NCBI RefSeq assembly: GCF_009914755.1
Contig: NC_060938.1
Direction: 5' to 3' (one strand)
DNA from: the human T2T-CHM13v2.0 reference genome, Homo sapiens
Length of the DNA: 64,000 nt
Positions 1 to 14,366 of the stretch are shown here, one piece after another. The notes beneath the pieces are model-generated. The model saw nothing but the letters and a program-made list of their open reading frames with translations, ran no database searches and was not told the origin of the DNA. The first letter of the stretch is position 1, and each line of letters begins with the position of its first letter. Made by a program: the position numbers and the translations under genes.

Positions 1-2830
1 TTGTTGAAATTGTCCAGTAGAAAAAAAAAAAGAATCGGAATGTTTGGAAGGATTTCATGTCTCCTTTATCTAAATGTGTTATTGGTATGGGTATTAGTCT
101 GACTATGGAACACTTTCCCTATCTACTGTTGTAAAACAGAAAGCATCTAAGTCTGCCCTCAGTCAAGTCTGCCAGTCTTGATGGGACATGCTAATTGGGA
201 ACAACTAGAGCTGCTCAAGCCCTCATAGGTTTTAGTTTGAAACATTATAGGACATCCAGTGCACAAAAAGAAATCAATGATATGTTAGTAGCTGAAGTGC
301 TGGTATACATGAATTTTTTATACAAAGCTCTGTATGGCTTGTGAAAAAAGCAGATGGCTCATCTGGACTAATAGTGGAATATTGAGGCTTGAATAAACTG
401 GTGCCACCCATAGCACTAGTAGTCTTGATATTGCTTCAATGCCACAAAAAGTACAGCAGGCTAAAGAGTCTGGTACTTAGTGACTGATTTTGCAAATGCT
501 TTTTTTGTTCTATGTCAATCTTAGAAAAAAACCAGTTGCAGTTTGCCCTGACATGGAAAGATTATGTTGTTATAGGATTATTTAAATTCACCAGCTTCTA
601 CAATAATTTGGTTAAAAGGGATTTGGATTAAAGCAGGTTCTAAGTGTAATAATACACTGTATTGATTATATCCTGATAATATCTGAAACTGAAAACCAGG
701 TGAGGAATGACCTAAATGCAGCAGTGACACACATGACCAGCAGAGGCTGGCTGATAAGTCTAGCAAGGGTCAAGGCCTCTCAAAATGGTGGAATTCTTAG
801 GAATAACCTAGGCAGGTGCCACCCATGACATTCCATAGGTAAGCACAAATAAACTGATCTCATTACTACTCCTTGAAATAAACAAAGAAGCCCAATGTTT
901 CATTGGTCTATTTAGATTTTGGAGGATGCATATTCCACATCTAGAAATGTTACACACTGCTATCCATAAAACTACCCAAAGAGTGCTGTATTTGAATGAG
1001 GGACCAAAAAAGCAAGCCATGGCTGAATTGCAAAAAGTAGTTCCTCTCTCAATGCTTATTTTGTCCTTCCATACCATATATGATCTTGGAAGTGTCTGTA
1101 ACACATGCCTATTATATGTAGACTGGAGATTACTGCAAAAGCCTGTGAGTACCACTCATAGGTGACCACTGGGATTCTGTATCAGAATATTCCTAAATGG
1201 TATAGTAAGATACACACAATTTGAGAAACAGCTACTACCTTACTATTGGACATTAATGGTAAAAGCCCCTGTGAGTGAAGGACATAAAATGCTCCTGAAA
1301 CCTGAAATACTGAGATTGTCTTGTGTTATGTCAGAGAAACAATCTAATAAGGAAGACAGCATCCAGAAGAGTTCCATAATAAAGTGGAAATGGGAGAAAC
1401 ATGTTACTGGGTGGACACAGAGGTACCCATTGTATCTACAAGCAGGTAGACTCTTTCCCTCTAGGACTGACTTCTCGGATTGACACCTGAGGAACTACTG
1501 GGTCCTATCGCCACCTGGACAGTGCCCTGTTAATAAATCTCTATTAACCATCAAAGAGCTGCTTGGTTCATGAATGGCAGTTCCAAGGTGGATGAATAGC
1601 CTCCTGTTTGGAAGGGACCACACTAAGACTGGCAGATTGAAAGACTCTGATTGAAAAAGATAACAAATTAGTTCAACGGACTGAGTCGCATGCTGTTTTC
1701 CTGGCAGTGAAGGGGGAATTGAACAATAATAAAAGCTTTTAAGTTTGGGTTTTTACTGACTTATGACAGTAGCCCATGACCTGGCTCTATAGTCAATGGA
1801 ACACTGGCCTATTAAGTAGACGCCTGTATGGGGCACAACCTCATGGAAATTACTATAGGAATTTAAGGAGCACATTAAAGTGGAATATGATAATGTTCAT
1901 CAGAAGAGATCCTTTCTAGGGTCAGAAGGCAATTAGAATTGGCAAGAGTATATCCTGTTGTGTTTGCTTGAGATGGCCACCTGGGTCCATGAAATGAGTA
2001 GATGTGGTACTTCAGCAATGCAGAGATGGGCTGAATCTAGACATATTCTTCTTGCAGAAAATGCCAACAAGATCTGTTCTGTGTGCCAGTGAGAAAGACA
2101 GACTGCAGATGGCTCTGGGACAGATTTCCTGAGGGGAAAAGCCCTTAACACAGCTGGCAAGTCAGTTTCATTGGCTCAGTGTGGGTAGACTTGGGAGCAA
2201 TTAATGGGTCCTGACAGGAATAGACACTTACTCTGGATTGGGTTTTGCATAACCAGTGGTAGATGAAATATTAAAAATACTATAAAAAGACTGAGAAAAG
2301 AATATTATACCAATATGAACCAAGACACATTTCTTCAGACCAAACAACATAGTCTCATCCTTAGAGTTAGGGTTTGATAGAGAATTCAAATGGTCAGTTG
2401 AAAATTTGTTATCTAAAACGGAGGAAAATAAAGGCATAAAAGGCTGGCTTACACACCTTCACAAATGTGTGCTCAAATTATACATGGGAGGGGCTACTGA
2501 GGGTCCCCACTAGATAGATTCCTCTATTGTTCTAGGGGATCTGAATAAGAGGAGAGAGAGCATAATGACATGACTATAGAAACCTTACCATGGGGAAGGA
2601 TGTTGGTGTGAGCAGACAATTCTCCCCTGCATCACCTTGACTTTATTTTTCCTACCTGATGCAGTGATCCCAGGACCAGGGCTGCAACTATAGATAATGG
2701 AGGCAGGGATGATCCCTAAGTAAGAAAATGTACTGTATTTTGAAACTTTTAGATCAGAATTCCTAAGATCTTGATAAGGTAGATTGTGCCTTCACCCCAT
2801 CTGCTAAAATTGGGATTGACAGTGAATGCA
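1..2830 (+). mobile_element. Decayed class III (ERVL-type) ERV internal region: RT, RNase H, integrase, dUTPase-like
   Basis: Frameshifted retroviral motifs: RT-like 'VWLVKKADGS...GLNKLVPPIA' (~330-415), RNase H-like 'AWFMNGSS' and 'VWVFTD' (~1560-1760), integrase Zn-finger-like 'HEMSRCG...ICSVCQ' (~1990-2090), dUTPase-like 'IRIPK...PHLLKLGLTVNA' (~2750-2830). Many stop codons. Confidence 0.85.
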
Positions 2831-3073
2831 CCAGCCGGTATTCCTCCTCTCTCCAATAATCAATAATCCTTTCTGACCTTTGAAGAGATGTGGGTTTCAG
2901 CCACTGTCCTGGTCCAGATGTCCAGAAGCAAGACTAGTGTAGTGGGTGTCTCACCCTCAGTTCACTTTTGTTGACATAGGATAGGGTTACAGAGGTATAG
3001 ATATCATAGAGAGGTATAGATATCATACAGAGGTATAGATATCAATGGGATATCATTATCATAGGAAATGTTT
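2831..3073 (-). mobile_element. Inverted continuation of the same ERVL internal region
   Basis: Aligns in the same orientation as 51888-52094 of the minus-strand paralog, whereas 1-2830 aligns to its reverse complement. Confidence 0.85.
2991..3044. repeat. 19-bp tandem repeat, ~2.8 copies
   Basis: Unit AGAGGTATAGATATCATA(G/C) at 2991, 3010 and 3029. Confidence 0.95.
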
Positions 3074-3118
3074 TCTTTAGACTGCTCTCTCTGTGTTCAT
3101 TATTTAGGTTGGCATAAA

Positions 3119-3137
3119 TGGTGTCACAACTGGGATC
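3119..3137 (+). other. Primer binding site, tRNA-Leu-like
   Basis: TGGTGTCACAACTGGGATC, 4 nt after the LTR end, resembles TGGTGTCAGAAGTGGGATTC. Confidence 0.65.
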
Positions 3138-3487
3138 TGAAGAAAAATCACTATTGGAAGGAATCAGTGATTCTTGGAACTGGTGTGCAGTACGCCAGTG
3201 TGCAGAACTGATGTGTTAACCCTTTGAGCTCTCCACTTTTACGGCTCACCTTTTCTGCTCTGGTGAGACTTCTCTCAGGCTGAGCCTCCCTCCTTTTGGT
3301 AGTAGCTTTTCACTTTATTTGGGATTTGATTTTGTTATAAGGCCCCCTTAAATAAAGGAGCTTACATCCCTCTGGAGGGATAAAAGACTGTATTTTCTAG
3401 CAATTCTTTTCTGCTATAAGTACAAATATCCTTCTAGTTTGAGTATTCTGGCTTCCCTAGAATTTTCATTTTGTCTGCAGGACATAT

Positions 3488-6400
3488 CTTTTTTTATTTT
3501 CTTTTTTCTTTTCTTCTTTTTTCTTTTTAATTGTCTTTCTTTTTCCTTTTTAGTTTTCTCATTTTATTTTATCTTATTTTTTTTCTTTTATTTTAGGTTC
3601 ACAAGTACATGAGAAGGTTTGTTATATGGGTAAACTCACAGGGATTTGTTGTACAGATTACTTTCTCACCCAGGTACTAACCCCAGTACCCAGTAGTTAT
3701 TTTTTAGATCCTCTTTCTTCTCCTACTCTCCACCCTCAAGTAGGCCCCAGCGTGTGTTATTCCCCTCAATGTGTCCATATGTTCTCATCATCTAGCTCTC
3801 ACTTACAAGATAGGATATACATTTTTTGGTCTTCTGTTCCTGAATTCATTTGCTAAGGATAATGGCCTTCAGCTCCATCCATGTTCCCACAAAGGACATG
3901 ATATCATTCTTTTTATGTCTGCATAGTATTCCATGGTGTATATGTACCACATTTTCTTTATCCAGCCTGCCATTAATGGGTATTTAAGTTGATTCCATGT
4001 CTTTGCTTTGTGAATAGTGCTGCAATAAGCATACACATACATGTGTCCTTATGGTAGAACAATTTATGTTCCTTTGGGTATATACTCAGTAATGAGATTG
4101 CTGGATCAAATGGTAGTTCTGTTTTTAGGTCTTTGAGGAATCACCACACTGCTTTCCACAATACTTGAACTAATTTACACTCCCACCAATAGAATATGAG
4201 TGTTCCCTTTTCTTCACAACATCGCCAGCATCTGTTATTTTTTGACTTTTTAATGATAGCCATTATAACTGGTGTGAGATGGTATCTCATTGTGGTTTTG
4301 ATTTGCATTTCTCTAATGATCAGTGATATTGAGCTTTTTCTCATATGCTTGTTGGCCACATGTGTGTCTTCTTTTGAAAAGTGTCTGTTCGTGTCCCTTG
4401 CCCACTTTTTAATGGGGTTGTTTTTGTTTTTGTTTTTGTTTTTTCTTGCAGATTTGTTTAAGTTCCTTATAGATGCTGGATATTAGACCTTCATCAAATG
4501 CATAGTTTGCAAAAATTTTTTCCCATTCTATAGGTTATGTTTACTCTGTTGATAGTTTCTTTTGCTGTGCAGAGGCTCTTAAGTTTAATTAGATCCAATT
4601 TGTCAATGTTTGCATTTGTTGCAATTGCTCTTGGTGTCTTTTTTTGTGAAATCTTTGCCCCCTCCTATGTCCAGAATGGTATTGCCTTGGTTGTCTTCCA
4701 AGATTTTTATAGTTTTGGGTGTTACGTTTAAGTCTTTAATCTGTACTGAATTGATTTTTGTATATGGTGTAAGCAAGGTGTCCAGTTTCAATCTTCTGCA
4801 TATGGCTAGCCAGTTATCCTGGCACCAGTTATTTGAATAGGGAGTCCTTTCCCCATTGCTTATTTTTGTCAGCTTTGTCGAAGGTCAGATCGTTGCAGGT
4901 GTGTTGCCTCATTTCTGCCCTCTCTATTTTGTCCCATTGTTCTATGTGTCTGTTTTTGCACCAGTACCACACTGCTTTGGTTATTGTAGCCCTGTAGTAC
5001 AGTTTGAAGTCAGGCAGCATGATGCCTCCAGCTTTGTTCTTTTTGCTTAGGATTGCCTTGGCTCTTTGGGCTCCTTTCTGATTCTATATGAATTTTAAAA
5101 TAGTTTTTTTCCTAGTTCTGTGAAGAATGTCATTTGTAGTTTAGTAGAAATAGCATTGAATCTATACATTGCTTTGGGACATATGGCCATTTTAACAATA
5201 TGGATCCTTCTTTTCCATGAGCATGGAATGTTTTCCCATTTATGTCATCTCTGATTTCTTTGAACAGTGTTTTGTAATTCTCTATGTAGATATCTTTCGC
5301 CTCCCTGGTTAGCTGTATTCCTAGGTATATTTTATGTGTGTGGTCATTGTGAATGGAATTGCATTCTTCATTTGGCTCTTGGCTTGACTGTTGCTGATAT
5401 ATAGGAATGCCAGTGATTTTTGTACATTGATTTTGTATCCTGAAACTTTGCCGAAGTTGTTTATCGCTAAATAAACTTTTGTGCCATGACTGTGGGGTTT
5501 TCTCAATATAGAATTATGGCATTTGCAACAGGGATCATTTGACTTTTCTCTTCCTATTTGGATGGCTCTTATATCATTCTCTTGCCTGATTACTCTGGCC
5601 AGAACTTCTAGTACTATGTTGAATAGGAGTGGTGAGAGAGGGCATCCTTGTGCCAGTCTTCAAGGGCAATACTTCCAGCTCTTGCCCATTCGATATGATG
5701 TTGGCTGTGGGTTTGTCACAGATGGCTGTTATCATTTTGAGGTGTGTTCTTTCAATACCTAGTTTATTGAGAGTTTTTAACATGAAGGGACATTGAATTT
5801 TATCAAAAGCCTTTTCTGCATCCATTGAGGTAATCATGTGGTTTTTGTCTTTAGTTCTGTTTATGTAATGAATCCCATTTATTGATTTGCATATGTTGAA
5901 CCAACCTCACATCCCAGGGATAAAGCCTACTTGATTGTGTTGGATTAGTTTTTAGATGTGCTGCTGGATTCAGTTAGCCAGTATTTTGTTGAGGATTTTT
6001 GCATCAATGTTCATCAAGGATATTGGCCAGAAGTTTTCTTTTTTGTGTGTGTCTCTGCCAGGTTTTGATATCAGGATGATACTGGCCTCATAGAATGAGT
6101 TGGGGAGGAGTTGCTCCTCCTCAATTTTTGGAATAGTTTCAATAGGAATGGTCCCAGCTCTTCTTTGTACATCTGGTAGAATTCAGCTGTGAATATGTCT
6201 GGTCCTGGACTTTTTTTGGTTGGTAGGCTATTTATTACTGATCCAATTTTGGAGCTCATTGTTGGTCTGTTCAGGGATTCAATTTCTTCCTGGTTTAGTT
6301 TTGGGATGGTGTATGTGTCCAGGAATTTATCCATCTCTTCTAGATTTTCTAGATTGTTTGCATAGAGGTGTTCATAGCAGTCTTTGGTGGTTGTATTTCT

Positions 6401-7500
6401 GAGGGGTCAGTGGTAACATCCCCTTTGTCATTTCTAATTGTATTTATTTGTGTCTTCTCTCTTTTCTTCTTTATTAATCCAGCTAGCATCTAGACTAATT
6501 AAAAAAACTTACTTTAAAAAAAAAGTCCTGGATTTATTGATCTTTTGAATAGTTTATCATGCCTTAATCTTCAGTTCAGCTCTGATTTGGGTTATTTCTT
6601 GTCTTCTACTAGCTTTGGGATTGGTTTGCTCTTGCTTCTCTATTTCTTTTAATTGTGATGTTAGGTTTCTAATTTGAGATCTTTCTAACCTTCGATGTGG
6701 GTGTTTACTGCTATAAATTTCCCTCTTAACACTGCCTTAGCTGTGTCCCAGAGATTCTGGTATGTTGTATCTTTGTTCTCATTAATTTCAAAGAACTTCT
6801 TGATTTCTGCCTTAATTTCATTATTTACACAAAAAGGTTATTCAGGATTGGATTGTTTGATTTCCATGTAATTGCATGGTTTTGAGCAATTTGTTTAGTC
6901 TTCATTTGTATTTTTATTGTGCTGTGGTCCAAGAGTGTATTTGGTATGATCTCAGTTCTTTTGCATTTGCTAAGCATTGTTTTATGTACAGTTGTGTGGC
7001 CAATTTTAGAGTATGTGCCATGTGGCAATGAGAAGAATGTATACTCTGTTGGTTTGATGTGGAGAGTTCTGTAAAGGTCTATCAAATCTATTTGGTCCAA
7101 TGTTGAGTACAGCTCCTGAGTACCTTTGTTAATTTTCTGCCTTGATAATCCATCTACTACTGTCAATGAAGTGTTAAAGTCTCCTACTATTATTGTGTGG
7201 GAGTCTAAGTCTCTTTGTGGGTTTCTAATAACTTGCTTTAGGAATCTGGGTGCTCCTGTGTTGAGTGAATATATATTAATGATACTTAAGTCTTCTTGTT
7301 GAATTGAACCCTTTACCACCATGTAAAGGGTCTTTTTTGATCTTTGCTGGTTTAAAGTCTGTTTTGTCTGAAATTAGGATTCCAACCCCTGCTTTTTTCG
7401 ATTTCCATTTGCTTGGTAGATTTCCCTCCATCCCTTTATTTTGAGCCTAAGGGTATCACTACGTGTGAGATGGGTCTCTTGAAAACAGCATACCATTGGT
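3488..7500 (-). mobile_element. 5'-truncated L1 (L1PA15/16-like), most of ORF2 plus 3' UTR
   Basis: ORF2 fragments (EN 'IIVGDFNT' 6825-7322, '[12 protein letters not shown]', '[16 protein letters not shown]'), L1PA 3' UTR, decayed poly(T) at 3488-3595, degenerate TSD CAGGACATATCTTTT/CAAGGCTTATCTTTT. Confidence 0.93.
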
Positions 7501-9590
7501 TATTACAAGGCTTATCTTTTCTGATAAATTTACTTTTTGTCCTTTTTGCAAGCCTAATTCAATATTTTGTTTGATCTGCATGCCTGGGTTAAAAGTTTTG
7601 TGAACACTCTTATCTTGGTTCCATTTTGGCTTGGTTATGCCCATCTGTAAATGATTTGGCCCTTTTCCCTTGCTTGTTTCTAAAAATCATCCAAGAGCAA
7701 AAATAAACATTCTAGATGGTGTATGCAAGATAGCTAATTGAAAGCCACTAGTGTGGTCCCCATCATCTAAAACACTGGTCCAAATTCTTGATATTTTATG
7801 AAAGAATTTATAGCATTTTCTTTGTTTTTGAGAAATTAATAAGAAACAGAATTTTCAAACATTAAAGCATGCCAAGTTTTCTGGGACTCCCACTGTCCAC
7901 ATATTATGGCCTATTCTCATGTGCAATTTAAAAATTGATGGGCAAATTACATCAAGAAAAATTCAGAGCCCAAATTATCATTACTCAAGCTGTTTTTTAA
8001 AAAACCTTGCAACTATAGAGTTAACATGTAGAGCCTTCTAACCTCCCTATCTCTATTTCTTTTCTGCCGACTTTTAATTTGTCAACTTTTCTACTGATGT
8101 TGAGATAAAACTCATTGCTTGTGGCATTTCAGCCAAGGTTTTAAAAGAGTCTCACAGGACTTTCCGTTTAATGGCTTTACTAATTAAAATAGCTCCATGG
8201 TAACCAACAACCTAGACACCTTTTGGAAATGCATATTTAGGTTTGCTTGACTAGCAGTTGTTTATGGTGATGGAACAGTTCATCCAAGGATTGATAGTCT
8301 GAAAGGGAAGAACTAGACAAATGTTTTTGAAAGTTATACTCTCAGATCAAACAGGTCAAATTCTTGAGCTCAGTGCAATAATATAAGGTGTCTTTGTCGG
8401 GCGTAAATTTTGCATTGTCTGCTATGCAGAGGCCAAAAAGAAAAGAAGCAAAGAAAACCTGCTAAAATGTTTCTCCACCTGCATCAACTGTCAAGCAAAC
8501 CAAACCAGCAAACAAAATATAGGTTTGTTGCTAAAAAGACTATTTGGAGATTTGGGGGTTTTTTTCTTATAAAATTCAGCCAGTCCTAGCTAAAAAGTAA
8601 ACATTGAAAATTTAACCCTAAACTCATTTGAAACCTTAAAAAATAGAAAAAAAGAAAGAGGGTTGTTTTTTTTTTTAACCACATTGCTTCACCCACAGTT
8701 TTGGTCTGCAGCCTTATTAGATTACCTATAAGGGCAAATAAAGTTTAGCCATATGAACAGATCCCATCTTGCCAAAAATATAATTTTGACCCAACTGTCA
8801 AAACTGGCAAATCTGTAAGTTTTGTGTCTCATGCCTAAAATTCTAAAGTGAAAGCTATAAGATCTCTGTGTGTATGTATATATGTCTAGGTGTATCTACC
8901 CATATGTGCATATATTATGTTATATGCTATATTTACATGTTATAATCTGGCATACTCATCCAGAAATCCCTTAAGGAATTATATTCAGATTGACTTTAAT
9001 AAATGAGCACTCATATAAAATATGTAGCAATTAACCCAAATACCTTTTAGTTTATATGACTTAAGCAAATCTTTGATAAGTAAGCTGGTTTTTTAAATGT
9101 TGGTTAAAATGAAAAATAGAAATGCCTTAAAATTTTTCAGCATACATTTTTGCCTGTGTTTACTGGTCAGACAGCTTTATAGTCATCTCTACCAAAAGTT
9201 TTAAGGTGTTAGAGTTTGACATAAAGATTATAAAACTGTAAACTGAGCTTAAAACAAAATGATCTTTGTGCAATTCTTTGATATGTAAGACTAATATTAT
9301 TGGTTTAATAAAAACAGCTGTAACTTCTGAGTTATTGGCAAAATACCATATATTTAACTTTAAGGTTATTACTTAGGTGAACACATGATATTCACAGGTT
9401 ATAAAATGGCTAGCAGAAAAATAACAAGATGATGACTAGCTTTGTCTAACTTAGTTTTCATGATTAATCTAGACACAATTGTTAGAAATAAATACATTTG
9501 GTAAATGTAAATGGGATACATTTCATAAATGACCTATTTATGTGATTTGAAATCTTAAAGTTATGTTAAATCAAGTAATAGAGACTCATT

Positions 9591-11316
9591 GAATTTGGAT
9601 TATAATCCCAAAACACACAATCTGGAATGCCATAATTCCAAATGTCAAAATCCCAAAAAATCAAAATCCCTGAAGTCTAAATCCCTAATGTCTAAAATCC
9701 TGAAAATCACAATTACAGGAAAATTGCATCATGTTAGATGGAAGTATTACCTTGTTATTGTCTTTATGTGGAAGAAAATGGATTTCATTTGAATCCCCAA
9801 ACCACAATAATATATTTGGAATTAGGTACAATCAAGGCTTCTAAAAGCAAATTTGAAGGTGTTACCAACAAAGTTTTGTTTTTTCCACTCAGCCCAATGC
9901 ATTTGGCATAAAATTCAGATGATTGAGTTGGCCACAGAATATGGCAACAACAAAAACTTTAGTTTAAAATTGCCTGATTTGCTCACATTAGTATTCTATC
10001 CAGCTGATGTTATTTGAGGAGCTTTTAATAAATTAAAGTCACATTTGCCTGAAGAAGCCAGCAAAGTTACTGACTGGTTCAAAAATAATTATGTGCCTGG
10101 TAGAATGAGAAGACACTCGCACAACGGTGTTGCTGTTTGGTCACCATTATTGTTTCTGCCAAATTTGTGGTCTGTATATTAGCACATGAAGAATGGATTT
10201 CTGCACACCTGAAACAACATAGAACTATGGCACAGAAGATGGGAAAATTTAACAGGGGATGCTCAAGTCAGTGTACATCAAATAACAGAATTTCAAACAG
10301 AGCAGTGCCATGTAGAAATGAACATGAACATAATCTCTGAGGAGAGCCATGTCCTAAAAGAAAAGAAAAACAGTTATTCCTCGAGATGTAAAACTTTTAA
10401 ACATAGTTAATAATCATGAAAGTTGGCCAGCTCTGATGGACTATTTCCAAGCAACTGCCCATAGTCTATGCCTGTGCACTTTTTCATATATTGAATTTTT
10501 TTGTTTTATTCTTTTTAAGGTTTTTTGTTTTACTATTTTAAATTATCAGCATTATTTTTTGTAATTCACTATGAGATGTATTTTATCTTCACATCACTTC
10601 CAGTACTGGAGATATAAATAAATTAAGGAGTTTTAGAGAGTTCTAATTCATTTTGTGCATTTTTCGCAAATGTGACTCCATGAAAGTGCATTAACACAAC
10701 AGTGGCTTTGTGTGTAAGCATTGTGCTTGTACACAAAAACATTGAAATGTCCTCAGTAATGAAGAGATGTTCTTTTTTGTACATTTGCATTTGTGAAAGA
10801 TAAAATTTCTGGAGATCTTGGCTTTTTGGGTAACTGGTGCGGTGATGATACGGCGGTGACACATCTCAGGTTTTTAATCACTCTCATCAAAGGACTTAGA
10901 CTTCCCTTCACAGTATTTCAGATGACTGCAGTTATACAGCTGGGTGTACACAATTACCAACCATAGTGATATGCATTTATACCTTTCACTTTTTGGCCTA
11001 TTTCTTTTTGAATATGGTTTTTCTGCTGATAAATGTTATGCCCCTGTGATTGTCATTAGTATACCTGAGTGTTTATGCTTGCAAAAATATGTATGTTATT
11101 ATTGCCTATTTTATTGTGTAAAGTGGCCTATAAAGTGTTCTGTCAAGTTTTTGTATGTTTCTCAAATAAATCCCCTTTTGGAAATGTAAATAAATATCTT
11201 TTAATTTTTAATTGTTTTTTTCCAGAATTATTGTTTGAGGATTTGATCTTTTGGGATTTCAACATTCAGGATCATGGCATTCTGGATTATGTCTTTTGGG
11301 ATTATGATTGGCTCTC
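9591..11316 (+). mobile_element. Ricksha (MULE/MuDR DNA transposon) with transposase remnant
   Basis: ~80-bp imperfect TIRs, 9-bp TSD AGACTCATT (9582-9590)/ATACTCATT (11317-11325), MULE-type remnants 'FFHSAQCIWHKIQ' and 'T*NNIELWHRRW'. Confidence 0.9.
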
Positions 11317-12080
11317 ATACTCATTAAATGTCTGAGTCATTCCCACATAAGAAAAAAAAACTGAAAAAAATCGCTGAACATAAATGTACATTTCTCCTTG
11401 GCTTCTTAAAGTTTATAGAGACTGAATATTTTTGGGTCTATTAATACACATAAAAAATTATGTTATGGGAAAATATGATCCTAAAAATTATAAAATCATT
11501 CTCATCTATAAAATACTGATGTGACACAGTTCAAAATTGCTTGCTAAAAATTAAGGTTACTAAGGGATAAAATTCTAATATATATATAGTTCTGTATGTA
11601 AAATGTATTTCAAAAATAAGATGTTTTATTTTTAAAAATTATAAGAAAGACATAAAAATGTATTTAAAAATAATTTTTAATTCAAAGGTGATTTAAAGGT
11701 TGTTCCAAAAAGTAAATTTTAAAAGGAAATAAAAAAGAACAGTAAATAGGAGAAAAAGACATAAAAACAGTTATGCGTATGAGAATAAATTTCAGTAAAG
11801 AAGGTTTAAAAGAAAAGAGAATAATTTTGTATGAGTAAGAATCTTGCATGGCAAATTTTTGTCCTAAAGTAAAATGACTGGGTATTTAAGGAAGAGGAAG
11901 TTTAAAACAAAGCAGAAAATTTAAGTATGTTGTCAAAGACCTGAGTAAGTTGTGATAAGGTTTGTGAAGGATAAATTTATGAAGGGAATTTTGTGTGAGC
12001 AAGTTGGCCATAATTAGAAAGGAATTATCTATAAGTCTTTCTAAAGATTGAGCTTTGATATTTAAAAATACACTAATATA

Positions 12081-12384
12081 AGCCTGGGCATCATGGCTCA
12101 CACCTATAATCCTAGCACTTTGGGAGGCCAAGGTGGGAGGATCACTTCAGGCCAGGATGAGTTCAAGACCAACCTGGGCAACATAGTGAGACCCCAACTG
12201 CACAAAAAAAATTGTTTTAAAAATTAGTCAGGTGTGGTGGTGCACACCTGTAGTCCCAGATACTTGGGAGGCAAAGGCAGGAAGATCAGTTGAGCCCAGG
12301 AATTTGAGGTTACAGTGAGCTATTATGCCACTGCGTTCCAGCCAGGGTGACAGAGGAATGCCCTGTCTCCAAAAAAAAAAAAAA
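12081..12384 (+). mobile_element. AluJ
   Basis: Diverged dimeric Alu with A-tail; TSD AAAATACACTAA/AAAATACGCTAA. Confidence 0.93.
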
Positions 12385-14049
12385 TACGCTAACAGAAAAC
12401 TAAAGGTTTGGTACTCTATATTAAAACAACAAGGTGTTTGTTTGTTTGTTGTGTATTGATCTGCTCTTAGTAAAATTTACAAGATGTTTTTATTTTTAAT
12501 TATCTGCTGCTTTTTTTAATAGAAGTAATTTAATTTCCCTATTTTCAGGTTAGAAATATGTCTTTTTCATTCAGAATGGTAATTTTATTTCTTGAGGTAG
12601 AGTTTTCCTCTTGAAGCTTCTCATATTCATATCTTCAAACTTCAACTTCTGATGTATTTCACAGCACATGATTTGCAGGTCATGCATCATTGCCTGCAAC
12701 TCTTTCTCCCTTTGAAAAAGCCTGGGATGATAACAATCTCTCTTTCAACTTTTTCATCAGCTACTGTAATTTATTCTCTCCAGTTCTAACTCTGCTTTTG
12801 TGACCTGTTGCTGAAATGTTTATCTTGAAGACCTAAAAAAGTGATGTTTTCCTCCAGTATAACTTTATCCTGTACTCTTGGCTTCTCTTGATGTATCTGA
12901 ATTGTTCCACATAACCAGGAAACTTCCCATGCTATTGCTAAGAGTACTATATTCCCCTACTCAAGATACTAGTTTTCTTATTTACCTTCCTCTATAATAT
13001 GGTATACACACATTCTTCCTGTGACTGATTAGATTCAGATACCTTTTAAATTAGGTTCAATTTCCAGGGTATCCAAATGGGCTGCCCATGAGGAGAAGCA
13101 AGCACACTGCATGAGGTTTTCTTTACCTTTTTGGGCACTGACCTAAAGAAAAAAAAGAGAGGGAGAGAGAACTTATGTTTTATCAAGATAACTTTCTGTG
13201 TTGTCTTTACTAGGTTTCTGATTACTTAGGAAAACTGAGCTTTGAAAGTGTTAAGGTTTTTAAAAATCCATATAACTTTCTGTATTGCTTTTGAAGTTGT
13301 TTATCACTCTGGTTAAATGCATGGCTATTAATTTACAGTGACCCATGATCCTGTTTTGATCAACTGTTTCAAAACTGTTTTCCGTCTTTGGCTTGCTTCC
13401 CCAGGATCAAAATTCTAAATTAAATCATTTTGACCTAGATTTCACTTTGGAATTTTCCAGTTGAGCCCCTGGAGAGTCTCAAAGGATATACTTCTCATCT
13501 TGTAGAGATATTAAATGATTAGGCTTATTTGGTAAATTTTATAGGGAACACTGTCAAATGATGAGTGATGCTAGATCTTCTTTCAGTTGCATTCATGAGT
13601 GTGTTTTTGATATGAATGTTCTGAAACTTAATAAGACTCTTAGAAATCTGTCATCAGTCATAATTCTGGATATAATGTTGTATGCAACAAAAATAACTGA
13701 ATTTCCTTGTCAATTGCTGATTACAATGAACTTTCATCAGATTTTTAATCATGACTAGTCTAAGTTTGGGTCATCCACAGTTATTGTTTTGATTTTTCTC
13801 TAAAAGCACTTGAAATAAGCTACACTCCAAAATTACTTTTCATAGAAAAGACTCTAGAAGTACTCTTAAATACAGGTTTTTAATAACTTTAAGATCAATG
13901 GACTAGATTAAAATTTCCCAGAACTCTAGTAAAGAAACTGATGAGTTCATGAACTTGCTAATCAAGATCAAGCAAGACAAAAATTAATTATGTGAGACTG
14001 AATAACTGACAAAGATAATGCTTTTGTGTTCTTTATTTAAATCATTTTT

Positions 14050-14366
<317 letters not shown>

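Noticed and set aside
6825-7322. 165-aa endonuclease-like ORF
   Set aside because: Decayed fragment of a 5'-truncated L1 ORF2.
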